Below, in pieces: positions 33,007-43,031 of a stretch of DNA of 64,000 nucleotides (its first letter is position 1; every line of letters starts with the position of its first letter). Origin of the DNA: Enterobacteria phage vB_EcoM_IME338; the sequence record MH051914. The stretch is one strand, 5' to 3'. A program made the translations under genes and the position numbers. The notes under the pieces were generated by a model. The model saw only the letters and a list, made by a program, of their open reading frames with translations, was not told where the DNA came from and made no database searches.

Positions 33007-33906
33007 TTATTTACCTACTGACAAAGGTGCTTCAATCTTTCCTGCATGTTGATAGTTGCTAATACCACCAATAAAGTCACTTGCAGTGAGATGTTTTAAG
33101 TCACTTAAAGTGTTAAGTGGGACACCAATCTCAAAAGTTGGTGCATGGAACTCTTCATTGTTCATCAGTTCATAAACCTGCTTCATATGGTTCTGATAAA
33201 TCTGAGTATCTCCAAAGACACCTATCAAATATCGTGGAGTGTATCCAGTCATCTTGCAAAGAACTTCCAGAATAAAGCCATAAGACGCAATATTAAACGG
33301 AAGTCCTAAAAAGGTGTCTACAGAACGCTGATACCATTGCAAATCAACTTCACCCTCGTTAGTGATATAAATCTGAAACAGAACATGACAAGGTGCTAAA
33401 GCCATTGAGTTTGCTGCAATATCTGCTGCATTCCAAGCATTAACAAGCATGTAACGGTCTGTGATATCACCCTTCATCTTCGCTACTAAGGTCTCTAACT
33501 GGTCTACAACACAACCATTATGACCTTCAAAGTTTCTCCACTGAACCCCGTAGATTCTTCCACCTGCATCTTCTAACCAATCTTGTTCAGAAGAGTAATT
33601 AGAGCTTAACCAGCGTTTAAAATCATCTGACCAGATAGTCCAACGTTCTCCGTCATTTTCACCCCAAGTACGATAACGGAGTTCACCAAGCTTATTCTCG
33701 CCATTCAGGAACCATAAAGCTTCCCCAATAACTTGCCGTGTAAACACCTGTTTAGATGTTAAGAGTGGGAAACCAGTTCGCATATCAAAACGAAACTGAG
33801 GTGGAGCAAATGCAGAGATAACATCTCCAGTTCGTGTAGTACGCAGTTCACCAACGGATAAAACATGGTTCAGGATATTTTTGTAACTTGAATCTGCTTG
33901 TGACAT
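33007..33906 (-). CDS. thyA: thymidylate synthase
   Basis: 299 aa; catalytic-Cys context MALAPCHVLFQIY and conserved R/Y folate-binding positions. Confidence 0.9.
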   Translation of the reverse strand: MSQADSSYKNILNHVLSVGELRTTRTGDVISAFAPPQFRFDMRTGFPLLTSKQVFTRQVIGEALWFLNGENKLGELRYRTWGENDGERWTIWSDDFKRWLSSNYSSEQDWLEDAGGRIYGVQWRNFEGHNGCVVDQLETLVAKMKGDITDRYMLVNAWNAADIAANSMALAPCHVLFQIYITNEGEVDLQWYQRSVDTFLGLPFNIASYGFILEVLCKMTGYTPRYLIGVFGDTQIYQNHMKQVYELMNNEEFHAPTFEIGVPLNTLSDLKHLTASDFIGGISNYQHAGKIEAPLSVGK

Positions 33907-33907
33907 A

Positions 33908-34453
33908 TCAAAAGTGTCCTTTTACTTGTGGAACATAAATTTCAAAAGTTGCTTTACCATCCTCTGATGGTTTTGACTGTACCTTTGTAAATACACGGTT
34001 ATCATACAGCTTCTCAAAGAAGTTTTCAAAAGGTAAATGCACAGTGGCCTCTTCAGTAACTTTATGGAAAACTGTATGGAAAACTACACCAGCATACGGT
34101 AAAGCATTGACAAGGACACCTGCACCACCAATTACAAAGACATCTTCATCAATAGAGCTATCAAGATAGTTCAAAAATGCTCCAAAGGATTCTTTGCTGG
34201 CCTTAGCATACATTACATCATCTTTGCCAAAATCTATGCCTAAATATGGTACAGAGTTTGTTAAGATGAGGTTTGCACGTTCTGGTAAAGGTTTACTACC
34301 CAGAGTCTTAAAAGTCTCATTACCCATTACTACTAAGTTGTTTTTAGTGAGTCTCTTAAACTCTTGCATATCCTGTTTATGTCGAGGCCACGGCATACCA
34401 GTTGGAGTACCAAACTCACCATTTTCACCACTTGCAAAGATTAATTTAATCAT
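33908..34453 (-). CDS. folA: dihydrofolate reductase
   Basis: 181 aa; immediately upstream of and co-oriented with thyA; size and LVVMGNETFKTLGSKPLPER motif consistent with DHFR. Confidence 0.8.
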   Translation of the reverse strand: MIKLIFASGENGEFGTPTGMPWPRHKQDMQEFKRLTKNNLVVMGNETFKTLGSKPLPERANLILTNSVPYLGIDFGKDDVMYAKASKESFGAFLNYLDSSIDEDVFVIGGAGVLVNALPYAGVVFHTVFHKVTEEATVHLPFENFFEKLYDNRVFTKVQSKPSEDGKATFEIYVPQVKGHF

Positions 34454-34722
34454 TTTGTAAATCCTTTCTTAATGAACCAGTTGATAACATTCTTCACAGC
34501 TTTATTGCTATGGTAGATTAAGTGTGGTGTAGGTTGGTATGAACCGTAAGCCCAGAAAGCAATGATTTCACTACACCCTGTACACCTTGTACTCTCTTCA
34601 GCAATATGACCGTTGACTATTTCACTTACCTCACCTTGTAAGTCTGTACATCCACAATGTGGGCATTTTAAAGGTTCTCCGTCTTGACTGTAACAGTGTT
34701 CAAACTTCTCAAACAGTTTCAT
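34450..34722 (-). CDS. small zinc-ribbon protein
   Basis: 90 aa with CPHCGC...CTGC cysteine pairs. Confidence 0.5.
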   Translation of the reverse strand: MKLFEKFEHCYSQDGEPLKCPHCGCTDLQGEVSEIVNGHIAEESTRCTGCSEIIAFWAYGSYQPTPHLIYHSNKAVKNVINWFIKKGFTK

Positions 34723-35240
34723 TTTTTGTTTACCTTAAAAGTTTGCTGGATATCAACTACGAAGTCTAAATCATCACACTCACTTGATAGGAAATCTTCA
34801 AAGTGTTTTGGTATAAAACTTAGGAAATCCATAGAACCTAAATCACCTACTAAGCGAATGTAATAATTGTTCTCACAAGTTGCATTAACTACATGTCGGC
34901 CTATGTATGGCTTCACAACCTCTCTGATATCATCTATGAAGATGTTCAGAAGAGTTTTGAAGGATTTAGGGTACTGAGTTCCTCCATACAAGTCAATGCT
35001 TGCTTCAGTCTTTACAGAGATTGATTTAGCATCTCTGAACTCAGTTGCGAACAGATGAGCAGGAAGAATACAAAGTGAGTCCCCAGTATCTTCATCAACC
35101 AACTCAATAGTTCCTGCATCATAGTTTGTTTTAATCAGTATTTCACCTTCTTGTGACTTTTTGGTTTCAAGGTGAGTGGTGATAATACCTCTCAACATTG
35201 ATGCTTCTGGGAGCAGTAAGTTAATTCCAATCTTTTGCAT
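34719..35240 (-). CDS. hypothetical protein
   Basis: 173 aa ORF, overlapping start/stop with neighbours. Confidence 0.5.
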   Translation of the reverse strand: MQKIGINLLLPEASMLRGIITTHLETKKSQEGEILIKTNYDAGTIELVDEDTGDSLCILPAHLFATEFRDAKSISVKTEASIDLYGGTQYPKSFKTLLNIFIDDIREVVKPYIGRHVVNATCENNYYIRLVGDLGSMDFLSFIPKHFEDFLSSECDDLDFVVDIQQTFKVNKK

Positions 35241-35241
35241 G

Positions 35242-35745
35242 TCATACCTCTACAAAGGTGTTTTTGTCATTATCAAACTCGAAGAGTTTTATACACTTCT
35301 GAGTCTTCCAGTCAATCTTTTGGTCATAAGAAAGACCTTGAGAGACTCTCTTACCAACTGTTTGATAGATAATTTCACGCAGAGCATCATATTCCTTCCA
35401 AGCTCTTGTACCAATAGTTATATTGGCTCTCTTATAGCTCTCAACAGCTTGCTCATTCCAACGTTGCTCACTAACACTACCAACTTTGTAGAGTCTTGGA
35501 AGAAGCTCATAAACCATTTGACCTTTCTCTCTGGCAATCTTTAGGTTATGAAGGTACTCGTTAAGGCGACCGTCTTCTTCAAGCCAACGATAAAGACTCT
35601 GGAGACCAAAAATCTCGTTGTTGAAGTGAGCAGCACGTTTCACAGAACCTAAGTCAGCACGATAATCTGATTTAGGGAGGCTTAGAATACAATCTTGTAA
35701 TACATTGTATCCAAAGTACAAGTTCAGTTTTATGGGAAGAGACAT
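35242..35745 (-). CDS. hypothetical protein
   Basis: 167 aa ORF. Confidence 0.5.
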   Translation of the reverse strand: MSLPIKLNLYFGYNVLQDCILSLPKSDYRADLGSVKRAAHFNNEIFGLQSLYRWLEEDGRLNEYLHNLKIAREKGQMVYELLPRLYKVGSVSEQRWNEQAVESYKRANITIGTRAWKEYDALREIIYQTVGKRVSQGLSYDQKIDWKTQKCIKLFEFDNDKNTFVEV

Positions 35746-36089
35746 TTAATATCCTCATTTTTAAAGGTGAACGTGGTGTAGTTGTGACCATCAACATCCA
35801 GCCAAACAGCCTGAACATCTACACCATCGAGATTCTGGTAAAGCTCTTTGATGAAGTGGTCTTTTACAATCTGACTGCTAGTGGTTTCCAGCTTAATGTT
35901 TGAGATTGCTGAACCTACAGCCATATAACCCATGACACGTTTCTTCTCAGTATGCTTAATCTTACCATCTTTGTAAGCCATAATGAGATTGGAAAGAATC
36001 TTTACACCATAATACTTTTCAAGGTGAGTAGGTACACCATAAAAGCCTAATGCGAAGTTTTCAGAGTGGATAATGTTTTCACGTTTCAT
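35730..36089 (-). CDS. hypothetical protein
   Basis: 119 aa ORF. Confidence 0.45.
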   Translation of the reverse strand: MKRENIIHSENFALGFYGVPTHLEKYYGVKILSNLIMAYKDGKIKHTEKKRVMGYMAVGSAISNIKLETTSSQIVKDHFIKELYQNLDGVDVQAVWLDVDGHNYTTFTFKNEDIKCLFP

Positions 36090-36090
36090 A

Positions 36091-36420
36091 TTAATCTGCC
36101 AGCCTTAAATTAAAATTAACACCAAATTTTTCACATACTTCCAACATAAACTCCAGAGAGACATTACCAGTGAGGTTGATTATGTTGGATACGCGAGCCT
36201 GAGATATACCACAAATTTTAGCAACTTGCTCTTGAGAAAGACCTCTGGATTTAATCTCTCTCTTAAAACGATGTGCAACGAAGTCTCTCATTTCGTCTAC
36301 ATCCATCGGACAAATATAACTCTCCATTTCAGCTTCTCTGTCAGCCTCCCAATCATCTTGTGGAGCATAAGGGTCAAAAACCTCATTCATCTTTCTTCTT
36401 CCGTTTACGTGAAGTGTCAA
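36091..36420 (-). CDS. helix-turn-helix (XRE-like) transcriptional regulator
   Basis: 109 aa; LSQEQVAKICGISQARVSNII HTH motif at C-terminal half. Confidence 0.6.
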   Translation of the reverse strand: MTLHVNGRRKMNEVFDPYAPQDDWEADREAEMESYICPMDVDEMRDFVAHRFKREIKSRGLSQEQVAKICGISQARVSNIINLTGNVSLEFMLEVCEKFGVNFNLRLAD

Positions 36421-36595
36421 TCAATGAATCTATGTTTGTAGCCCTAACCTTTTCACGTTCATCGTTAAGATAATCGTCAAGAGCCTTTTCAATCTGTGAA
36501 TCATCTTGACAGATGACTGTAAAGACTGTAAAGCCGTCTGTATCGTCAATTATCTTACCATAACCGCTTCTGGGATGTAACTTTTTAAGAGCCAT
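36383..36595 (-). CDS. hypothetical protein
   Basis: 70 aa ORF overlapping neighbour start. Confidence 0.35.
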   Translation of the reverse strand: MALKKLHPRSGYGKIIDDTDGFTVFTVICQDDSQIEKALDDYLNDEREKVRATNIDSLIDTSRKRKKKDE

Positions 36596-36596
36596 A

Positions 36597-36980
36597 TCAA
36601 ATACCTGTGCAGCTTCTGTTTTCTAAGAAATACTCAACACCATACATAGCTTTTTGCATCAAGTCTTCTTTAAACTGGATACGGTGGTTGAGCATAGCCT
36701 GTACATCAATATCATCACGGTGTTTCTCTTTAATATTTGCAGATTGCAGGAAATACTCTGCAAGAACACGATACTGGTAGTCAGTTACCTTATCAGTCAT
36801 CTCTGTTAAAGACTCTTCAGAGATTGGTTTAAGTAACTCACCATTAGCCAGAGCAACACCTTTAACAATCTGACAAGTATCTTCTGGAACACCGGATAAG
36901 TCCACATTTGGGAGTTCTGTTGCATTGACTGGTAAATTCATTGCCATGACCATTGCAGCAGCTAATAAAATCTTTTTCAT
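36597..36980 (-). CDS. secreted/periplasmic protein with signal peptide
   Basis: 127 aa; N-terminal MKKILLAAAMVMAMNLPVNA signal-peptide-like sequence. Confidence 0.5.
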   Translation of the reverse strand: MKKILLAAAMVMAMNLPVNATELPNVDLSGVPEDTCQIVKGVALANGELLKPISEESLTEMTDKVTDYQYRVLAEYFLQSANIKEKHRDDIDVQAMLNHRIQFKEDLMQKAMYGVEYFLENRSCTGI

Positions 36981-37016
36981 AATGACCTCAAAGTTATATT
37001 AAATTTTGTATTACGT

Positions 37017-37052
37017 TGAGTATAAAAATAAGCTATAACACCTGACTTGTCA
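37017..37052 (-). promoter_or_regulatory. possible minus-strand sigma70-like promoter
   Basis: Minus strand reads TTGACA-17 nt-TATTTT; within 283-bp intergenic region 36981..37263. Confidence 0.3.
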
Positions 37053-37263
37053 ACAGATTTTATAGCTTATTTGGCAGATTTTTTATAAGGCTACTGCCAT
37101 CCTTCCATACCAGACCACACCATGCAAAACCAGACTTCACATCACCCTACCGTGCAATACATCACTTAAAAACCCTTTTAAAAGACTCTTAAGTGATGCT
37201 GGTGAGTACCCGTTGGTTTATGCTGCTCAGTATACTCACCAAATTCCCTATGTCAACAACTTT

Positions 37264-38364
37264 TTATTCGTAATCTCGTATAACTAACCCAACAGGGAAC
37301 TGTAAAGAACCCTTACGAGTCATCTTCTGGAACTGAACCGTTAAAGGCTTCCCGATAAACTCTTCAGGATGCTCAGCAAGATACTGTTTCTTCTCATGAG
37401 TAGTCTTCCATGAGACATCTACAAAGACGTTAGGAAGAGTCTCTACAACGAACTTGCCATGACCACGCTTATCAGTCTTTACACCAGTCACTTTAAACTC
37501 TTCAGTGTGCATCTTCTTATGCTTAATCAAGAAGTATGAACGGTGACAACACTCATAGAAGGAGTCTTCAGAGATTGAACGGTACATTGCACCTTCAAAC
37601 TTAGCTTCAACCCACTTATCATGAGCTTCATCAAACTCTTCCCAAGAGTTAACACGGATAGTCTGTACAGGAACAACTCTACAGGTATCACCAAGCTCAA
37701 TAATGGGTGAGTTATCAATAACTTCACGACGCTCAGGCCAAGTTTTTGAATTGTCACAGATATCATACCAGTAGAATTTAAGAAGGTGACGTTCTGGGTT
37801 GTCAGCATTCTTAATCATAGACACAATATCTTCTAAGTCCCAACCATGAGCATAAATCTCACCATCAAAGTCTTCGACTTGTGGATGTAATTTAAGCAAC
37901 AAAAGCAAATCTGGGATTAGTTCTGCTGGGACGTTGTAAACAGTATTCTCACGAGAATAAGCCGTGAAGCTAACTGAATCAGCATCTCTTGAAATTCTAC
38001 AACGTACACCGTCAAGTTTTGGTTGAGCATCAGCAGGGAACTTCAGATACTTTGCATGGCTAACCTTTGCAGCATCATGAGCAAGTTGTACACCAACCTT
38101 CTCAGTGTTCTGTGCAGACTCTTTTGTGTAAGCATAACCTTTGCGGTCAACTTGCTTTTTATACTTAGCAGCAACTTCAAAGAGAGCTTGCTGTTCAGCG
38201 TTACGCTCATTCTTTTTACCGATGTTTTTAGGTTCTGCTGTATACTCTTCAAACATCATCTTGCCATTTTCTTTACCATACGTGGTAACAACTTTGTCAC
38301 CTACAGCAACACATGACCAGACGTTGAAAGAGCCGTCTTTATTTTGTTTGTACAGAATTGTCAT
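37264..38364 (-). CDS. ATP-dependent DNA ligase
   Basis: 366 aa; adenylation motif KLDGVR (KxDG), size typical of T7-type ligases. Confidence 0.85.
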   Translation of the reverse strand: MTILYKQNKDGSFNVWSCVAVGDKVVTTYGKENGKMMFEEYTAEPKNIGKKNERNAEQQALFEVAAKYKKQVDRKGYAYTKESAQNTEKVGVQLAHDAAKVSHAKYLKFPADAQPKLDGVRCRISRDADSVSFTAYSRENTVYNVPAELIPDLLLLLKLHPQVEDFDGEIYAHGWDLEDIVSMIKNADNPERHLLKFYWYDICDNSKTWPERREVIDNSPIIELGDTCRVVPVQTIRVNSWEEFDEAHDKWVEAKFEGAMYRSISEDSFYECCHRSYFLIKHKKMHTEEFKVTGVKTDKRGHGKFVVETLPNVFVDVSWKTTHEKKQYLAEHPEEFIGKPLTVQFQKMTRKGSLQFPVGLVIRDYE

Positions 38365-38567
38365 TTTCTCTTACCACCAATTTCTACGTCAATAACTTGA
38401 ACATCACCAGCAACATCAAACTTATGAATGATACTTTCCACAGTGTAAGTCCAACCATCAATACGAACCAATTCACCTTCTCGTGGGACGATTGGGTTAC
38501 GTTGAGCTACGGTTGTAGTGGAGTGAACAACATCATAACAGTAGATATAGTTTACTAGGACTTCCAT
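38361..38567 (-). CDS. hypothetical protein
   Basis: 68 aa ORF. Confidence 0.4.
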   Translation of the reverse strand: MEVLVNYIYCYDVVHSTTTVAQRNPIVPREGELVRIDGWTYTVESIIHKFDVAGDVQVIDVEIGGKRK

Positions 38568-38576
38568 ATCTTTTCC

Positions 38577-38795
38577 TTAAAATGATAAGTCAATATTAAT
38601 ACGTTCACCCTTAATGACTCCTGTATGGTCTCTTGCAATCTTCCCTTCAACAATAAGAATGTGTGCAGACCTTAAAGTGTCACTGTTAAAGGCTTTTACG
38701 AACTTGCTAGGCATCACTACAATAAGCATCTCCTGAATCAACTCTGGAGTATAGCAATTGTCGTGAAGTTGTTGGATAACGTCTGCAAGTTTCAT
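38577..38795 (-). CDS. hypothetical protein
   Basis: 72 aa ORF. Confidence 0.4.
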   Translation of the reverse strand: MKLADVIQQLHDNCYTPELIQEMLIVVMPSKFVKAFNSDTLRSAHILIVEGKIARDHTGVIKGERINIDLSF

Positions 38796-38846
38796 ATAAC
38801 CTCCTATATAAGATATTGTATAATATACTCTTCCATGAGCACCTTG

Positions 38847-39379
38847 TCAAGATAGTTTTGCAAACTCTCCGTGGAGTTTTATAGTGGCTTCACAGTAAGC
38901 TTTATGGGCTTCTTCAGGTGTGTCATGATAACCTAAAAACATCTTCTTACCTCTATAACTTATCTGTGCGACCCACCTACCAGACTTCTTCTTAAGACTT
39001 ACACCCTTGTACCCAGATTTATTGGTGACTGGCTTACCTTTATTCCAAGCACTTTGAAAGTCATCTGCTTCCCTTAAGTTTACAATCCTGTTGTCAAGTG
39101 AGTCTCCGTTGATATGGTCAATGATACTTTTGGCATCTTGCCATACACGTAAAGCCATGCGAGTCTGTGTGCTTTATGTGCTTTCTTGTCAAAATAGATA
39201 CTAATCTGTTTATGACCACTTGAATCAGTCTGGATATTACCTGCCACCTTTCCTGCATAATTACTGTTAAAAACACTAACAGCTCTTGATTTACCTTCTC
39301 TACGAAGCCAAGTAAAGACCCCTGTTTCGGGGTCATAGCGTAGCAGCTCCTTTAAACGTTTTTGTAAAATAAAATCCAT
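38847..39379 (-). pseudogene. HNH-AP2 homing endonuclease gene interrupted by a 1-nt frameshift (pseudogene or sequencing error)
   Basis: Upstream frame [14 protein letters not shown]; downstream frame [22 protein letters not shown] plus AP2-like YKGVSLKKKSGRWVAQISYRGKKMFLGYHDTPEEAHKAY; frames meet at A/T run near 39116-39123. Confidence 0.7.
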
Positions 39380-39382
39380 TAA

Positions 39383-39939
39383 TCAATGTACCTCATACCA
39401 GCTCTTACCAACCTTTGCTGTACCAGTTACAAGTGTTTCTTTCCTCAAGCCTAAGTTTTTTGAAGCTTGCCCATACATCCAGTCAGCAATTGCTTTCATA
39501 TCATGTGTCATACCCTCTGGGCATTCCCAACTATTTTCGTCGTGATATGCCAGAAGTAACCTTGCTCCGATAGCTGGTTTTCGAGCATTCAGTTTTGTCA
39601 GGCCATCTTCACAGGCTTTTCTTGCTGCTAGGTTGATGGCTTCATTCTGAATCTGTGCTTCCGAACTCATCAGGAGGTAGTTCAGTAGTTTATGTGGAGA
39701 TTTGCACCATATCCATGCTCCAGCGACCCTGATATAACCACCTTTAGCAATTGAAGAGTTCTTCCCAAAAACCTCTTCCAGAGCCTTTTTAGACGCCTTA
39801 AAATCAGCTTCTAAGCTATCAAGTAACTTCTTAATCTTTGGTAAACGCATATAGTAAGTTTGTTTAGTCAATGCACCTTCTTCCGTAGATGATGCCTTGA
39901 TAGTTTTTGCAAACTTCTCATCGCCAGCCCCGAACAATA
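39383..39939 (-). CDS. DNA polymerase (family A, T7 gp5-like), exon 2
   Basis: Encodes motif B remainder FGAGDEKFAKTI and motif C LLAYHDE; ends ...WYEVH as in T7-type polymerases. Confidence 0.85.
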
Positions 39940-40207
39940 CATCTGGTCAATACACTCGCAAGGTGTACCAGTTCTCTTATGAACTTCTCCGCATTTCTAC
40001 GGAGTGTCGGACTATATCACGTAGCAGTGATGCTACCGTTGCACTTGGGGATGGTCATTAGCTTACCACCCTACTCTACTCAGTTCATACGTTAAGTATG
40101 CTTTTCGATAGTCTCTGAACGTTCCTCTTAAGAGGCTTCGCTGCTGATTACCATATCTTTCCAGACTTAGGCTTCCAGCAATTCACAACGTTTTACATGC
40201 GCCACTG
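39940..40207 (-). ncRNA. group I self-splicing intron (ORF-less, 268 nt) within DNA polymerase gene
   Basis: Exon 1 ends GCG U; internal guide GCGCAU pairs AUGCGU of exon; R-like GUUCAGAGACUA and S-like GAUAUAGUCCG elements; intron ends G; splicing restores AKNGIYALLFGAGDEK. Confidence 0.8.
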
Positions 40208-42350
40208 ACGCATAAATGCCATTTTTGGCTTTCTTACGACCTTTTGTAATCTCGTGAAGAAGCTCCTCATCCTGCGTCTCCCTACAACGAACAATATCAT
40301 CTTCCTTGTTTAGACCGAAGTAAATACTATTCAGTGTATGTGCATCAGTACCTGTGTAGACTTCGTAGAGGTCATTCTCAGCATCATAACGAAGATACTT
40401 ATCAGTTTCTGGATTGAGGTACTTATCGAGATGCTTGCAATAGTATCTTCCATCCTCTTGCTTGGTAAATTCTACTGACTCTTTACCTTCAGTTACCGCT
40501 TTGGTGAAGTCTTTATCACCCATAAAGTTACACAGTAAAACAAGCTGTGCAGAGTTCTGGTCAACTGAAACGATATTAGTCCCTTCCTCGCAAATCCACA
40601 CCTCCCTCATAGGTGCTCCATAGACAGCAGCACCAGACGGTACGTTTACAATACCATATTGTGTCATACGTCCAGTTGAAGTACCAAACACCATTGCACC
40701 AGCACTAAGGCGACCATCAGGACGAATCTGGTTCAACCAACCTTTTTCATCATCCTTTGAGTTCTCAATAGTTCTGCGTCGGTGCATCAAGGTATAGTAT
40801 TTCGCAATCTTCTGTCCAAGCTCACCTTCAATCGTATCATAAGATGATTCAGTAAGTTTTGGTGAAGTACGGATTAAGCAAGGCTCAAGCAAATCTGTGT
40901 ACTTCTTCACAGACCAGTTATGCTCAATGTACTGGACACCTTCGTGTTCAACATAACTCAAACCACACCGTTCCACCATCTCATCCCATTTAGGATGCTT
41001 TGTAATCATCTTTTTGTTGTCTTTGAAGCGACAAACCTTAACAGGACGACCATCAGAGTCTTTCTTATAGTTCCAGTCATCTGGAATCCAACCAACTGAT
41101 TTCAAGTAGTCTTTAACAACTGCTACCTGAGTCATACGAGAAACTTCGAACTCAATTGGTGTATATGGTGCATCAATCAAACCTGTGTAGCGACTTGACT
41201 CAAGTTCAAAGTGGTTAACAACATGACTGTTATAGTACTTCACAGTCTTAACTGTTTTTACTGGCTTCCAGTCTTTGCATTTCTTACCAATCTTTGCATT
41301 CAACTCATTGCAAATTGCACGAGCATCCTTCATTGCTACAAAGCCTTCCTTGTACTCTTCACCAGTTACCGAGTTGGTTGGTGTATAGCAATTCCGCTTT
41401 TCAATGTTAAAAATCTTTGTAGTTGGCTTACCAAATGGCTTGATTTCATATGTCTGCATCTCACCGTTACGTACCTGTTGACGATACTTTGTCTTAGGGT
41501 ACTTGGTAATTCTCTTCAGTCCATCTGCATGACCAAATGCTTCAACATACTCATTCCAAGCTTTTGCAAATTCTTCTCCAGTGACTTTACCTTTGGTCTT
41601 AATAGTTGGAGGAAGATGTGGTTCAACTTCTGAAGCAAGCTCGTTAGTCAACTTGTCAAGTTCCTTTACATGGAACTCCATAAGCTCTTTATCAGCTTTC
41701 CAACCATTGATAGCCTGTTGACTCATCCAGAAAGATGTTTCTTTAGCTCGCATGTAGGTTTCATAGGTGTCTACGCCACACTTCTTTAGCTTCAGATATT
41801 CATTATCCAATGCACGTTTAGTTTTGGCGTTAATACGGATATCTTCCACAACACGAGTGAAGATTTCTGCATTCCACACACCCCAATGTTCAATCTCTGG
41901 TTTACGGACACCAACACGAGCACCCCATGCTGCCAAGCCATGAGCACCTTTATAGCCTTTTGGAGTTGGTCTATCCATCCACTGAACACGAGACTGGATA
42001 AGAGAATCCTGAAAGAAATTACTCCACGGCTTACACTTTGGATTATCAAAGTTCCACAAATCGGGTGCAATGTGATTGAAAACCCACCAGTCATAACCGA
42101 GACCGTTATGGATGCAAAGACGTTTTGCCTTTAACGCAAATTCAACACCTTCACGTAAACCACCCTTAATGTACTTGGTATACTTGTGACCGAGGATAGG
42201 TTCATCTGTAAAGACCCATACAGGTGGCTCTTCATCGTCAGATTTATAGTCTGCGAAAGCCATTACGTGCACTTTAGTGAACTCAAGGAGTAAACCATCA
42301 GTTTCTGTATCACCAACTAAATGTAAGTTTTTAAAATCTACGTTTTCCAT
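40208..42350 (-). CDS. DNA polymerase (family A, T7 gp5-like), exon 1
   Basis: 3'-5' exonuclease motif LVGDTETDGL; motif A IVSVDQNSAQL; start of motif B RKKAKNGIYA; start set at MENVDF after GAGGGAG RBS. Confidence 0.85.
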
Positions 42351-42410
42351 TTTTACTCCCTCTAAAATCATTAACCTCATACATTACTGCAAAAAATTAT
42401 AAAAAGCAAG

Positions 42411-42451
42411 TTGACAATGCACTTGACAAGGTGTTAATCTTTGCGAAGTGG
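42411..42451 (+). promoter_or_regulatory. sigma70-like promoter with ACTTGACAAGGTG element
   Basis: TTGACA 42411-42416 and 42423-42428; 17-nt spacer then TTAATC; divergent from DNA polymerase gene. Confidence 0.5.
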
Positions 42452-42607
42452 GTTTTTACTTAAAAGGTTACTTAACAGTTTAACTATACAGATACTTTAA
42501 AACTCTTAAAAGATTATTTAATAGCTTTTAAAAATCTTTAAAGTATAACGTATAGAATACGTTAAGATAAAAGATTAAAACTTAATAGTTACTTAAAAGA
42601 GGCTTAC

Positions 42608-43030
42608 ATGCAGAAAATGTTTGTTCACCCAGACATAGCTGACTTTGTTAGAGCTTTGCAGAAGTTGGAAGAACTTGACATTGCTGCTCAACGGGAATAT
42701 GCTCACCATCACAGGAGAATGGTTGATATACAACATGAAATAGAGTTGTCTGAAAACTATGAAGATGACTTAAAATGCTCTGTATTTGAGCATATGAAAG
42801 ATGTTGCTACAGCAAGACGTAAAGCTAAAGACACAGTTACTTTACTAGATTCTCTTAAAAAGAGGTTGCAAAGTGGTACAGACCTGTGTAATCTAGCATC
42901 ACTGATTAACGATGTTGAAACTTCTTGGGATAGGCACTATTATCCACGTTCTGAAAAGACACTTGACTTTTCTTCATCCGAAAACTTAAAATGTTCTAGA
43001 AAGAAACTTAACCAACTGAGAGAGAAATAA
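42608..43030 (+). CDS. hypothetical protein
   Basis: 140 aa ORF. Confidence 0.5.
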   Translation: MQKMFVHPDIADFVRALQKLEELDIAAQREYAHHHRRMVDIQHEIELSENYEDDLKCSVFEHMKDVATARRKAKDTVTLLDSLKKRLQSGTDLCNLASLINDVETSWDRHYYPRSEKTLDFSSSENLKCSRKKLNQLREK

Positions 43031-43031
43031 T

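Noticed and set aside
36981-37263. 283-bp intergenic region considered as a replication origin
   Set aside because: Contains a hairpin and a possible minus-strand promoter but no iterons or DnaA-box-like repeats I could recognise; promoter/terminator region is the simpler explanation.
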